Assembly: GCA_964188305.1 (NCBI GenBank)
Contig: OZ076893.1
DNA: 64,000 nt
Source: Podarcis bocagei
Taxonomy: Eukaryota
Strand: one strand, 5' to 3'
The notes beneath the pieces are model-generated. The model did not search any database and was not told the origin of the DNA. It worked only from the letters and a program-made list of their open reading frames with translations. Below, one piece after another: positions 61,802 to 64,000 of the stretch. Numbering within the stretch: the first letter of the stretch is position 1; every line of letters begins with the position of its first letter. Position numbers and translations under genes: made by a program.

Positions 61802-64000
61802 GGATCTCACGTGCCATGTTTATCTGATTCATTCTCAAGAGTCTATAAGTGTGTACCTTATAGAAGGCTTCTGGTTGCCAGTACAAGAGCTCCTAAATCC
61901 TTCAGGGAAAGAGACACAGAATCTCCAAGTGTGGGGTAACAGGTTCAAGAGAAAGAGGCTTTCTAACCAGAGGGCAGCACATTCCAGTACAGAAGTGCAA
62001 GCAATGCATTTTCAGGATGACATAATATACACCCAACAGTAGAGAGCTGGATCATTTGGCATCATGGTATGACAGTGAAGGAGCTGTGGGGGAAATCAGT
62101 TTTTTTACAACAACAACAACAACAGTTTTTAATGGCTCAAGTCCCTTTTTGGCATCATAGTGGTTGACATCATAGCAGTCAAAATGAAAATGTTCAAACA
62201 TCTTTTAAATATTTTTTTTTAAAAAAATACAAATCACAGGGTCACTGCCCCTGTTATAGCACGTGCCCTATTATGTATTACAACTGCATTCTTTATAAGT
62301 AACTAATATAGTTGTCAGCTATGCAGATCACTAATATTCTTTCAATTTGTTTTATATTCTGGGACATTTTTCTCTTGAGAACACTGCACAGGGCAAATGC
62401 CCCCTCCTCCATGGTGCAGTCCAAATCAAGATTTGGGGTGGGGGGGCATAGCTATTTAAAAAAAATAAAGATACGAAAATAATTATTGTAACACTAATTT
62501 GTCCCTGACTCCCATTTCCATAGGCAATAGTTTCTTCATTGTGTACAGCTGTATATACAAATAATTGAAACAGTTAAGTTCTTTATCTTAGTAAAAAGTT
62601 CATAAAAAGTTAACAATTTGATTCCTGAAAACAGCCCAGAGTTGTCTTATCAGCAATAGCCAATTTTGCTGATTTGTTTCCTGCCTAGACAATCTTGGCT
62701 CACAGCAAACAGCACTGCATCATGCCGACCTTGCTGTCACCTCCCTCTCTACCTCCTGGAAGTCAGTTGGGTGGCAGTGCCCCACCGTGCCATCTGCTAC
62801 TGGTTCTGGTGGCTTTTCTCTCTCTACACCACCCCTACTAATCACCAAAATATCCCTCCCCTCCCACACAGATACTTGTGAACAGAAGAATGGACTGCAA
62901 GGGGCAATTTCAGATCAGTGCTAAGAAGGAAAGTTTCACCACCTGCTTTTTCTCTACACACCATGTATAATTTTATTAAATCATTTCCTTCCATTTATCT
63001 ACTGTCATCAGCCAGAGGTGCACAAAGACACCAGGCAGTATTTATTTACAAATAAGATTTGCACACTGAGACATTCCCCCCACCTCCATTGACATAAAAG
63101 ACCTTCACTTTGGCTGAACCATGCCCTTTCTCTTAAATTCCAATGCTGTGACATCCTCTGATGTTAGCATTTGCTCCAGTATCTCAATATTTTCAAAATC
63201 AATCCCCGGTACCTGCAAATGTCTTCTCTAACAGTCTGTATCTAGTCTTTGGCTCTTATAACTACCAAAAGGCCACCATTCCTTCCTTCATATCCTGTCA
63301 GTTGCATTCAAAGTGTCTTCAGGGGAGTTTGAATGTGCTTAGGAGTGGATGCAGCTTTCTTACAAACAGCCTTGTATTAACCGATATTTATTGTACTCCA
63401 TTTAAAATATTTGACACACACACACAAAAGAAAATGATTTTTGTAAGCATTAAAAGACCATTGAGCAATAGGAATGAGAACAATTGATCTGTAAATAAAA
63501 CGTGAAGTGAGGCAGAATTTGAGACAGGAAGGAAACGTGACAAAATGAAGGCATCAGACAAAAGGAGCTTGGGGTGATTCTGACAGGGAAAATGGTAAGT
63601 GTGGAGGGATCAGCCACCATTGCCCTCTTCCCTGTTTTAAAGAGCTGATCAATGTTCAAAATATGCAGTAAGAGGGTCAAAACTAATTATATTTTCAGAA
63701 TTTAGACAGTGTGATTTATTTCCATGACAGTGCAGAATTATTTGCTTATTAAATATCTACAGGACCCTTCCTTCTGAAAGAGCCCAGCGTGGCAAACATA
63801 ACAAGATACAAATCAATTAAAACTGCTTAAAAGTATCTAAGTGCAATTCCAATAAAGATGAGGAAAGAGATCGTCTTAAAAGACTTGTTGAAAGAGCAGG
63901 TGCCAAAAAGGCAGCAGAGATGACACCTCTCTAATATTTAACAAGAAGGAATTTCAATGGTTAGTGCTAAAGGCCTCATTCCTATATTGTGCCGAACAGA

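Noticed and set aside
60536-64000. Possible start of the next gene (TERF1 follows KCNB2 in human)
   Set aside because: No CpG island or recognisable coding sequence in this stretch.

Overview
Vertebrate (squamate, probably lacertid lizard, judged from the repeat families) genomic DNA holding the 3' part of KCNB2 (Kv2.2 voltage-gated K+ channel) on the + strand. Positions 1-50600 are the end of a very large intron. The terminal coding exon (50601-52772) encodes S1-S6, the TVGYGD pore and the full C-terminus, and an AT-rich 3' UTR/flank follows. The intron is filled with Sauria SINEs, other tRNA-derived SINEs, L1/L2/CR1/BovB fragments, Tc1/mariner-type and hAT-type MITEs, and Penelope-like element (PLE) ends. 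No other ORF in the track looks like a real gene. Most notable: (1) the KCNB2 stop is TGA-CTAG, the canonical vertebrate readthrough context, giving a 23-residue extension that would mask the C-terminal ETSM; (2) a sense-strand, core-intact minimal hammerhead ribozyme in a TSD-flanked PLE end, overlapped by a 76-bp antisense arm, with a mutated sister copy about 540 nt upstream; (3) a possible ~7.7 kb extended 3' UTR; (4) a complete cryptic splice unit or recursive-splice-like site at ~33 kb. Repeat family names come from pattern recognition, not a database search. Edges of old repeats are approximate.
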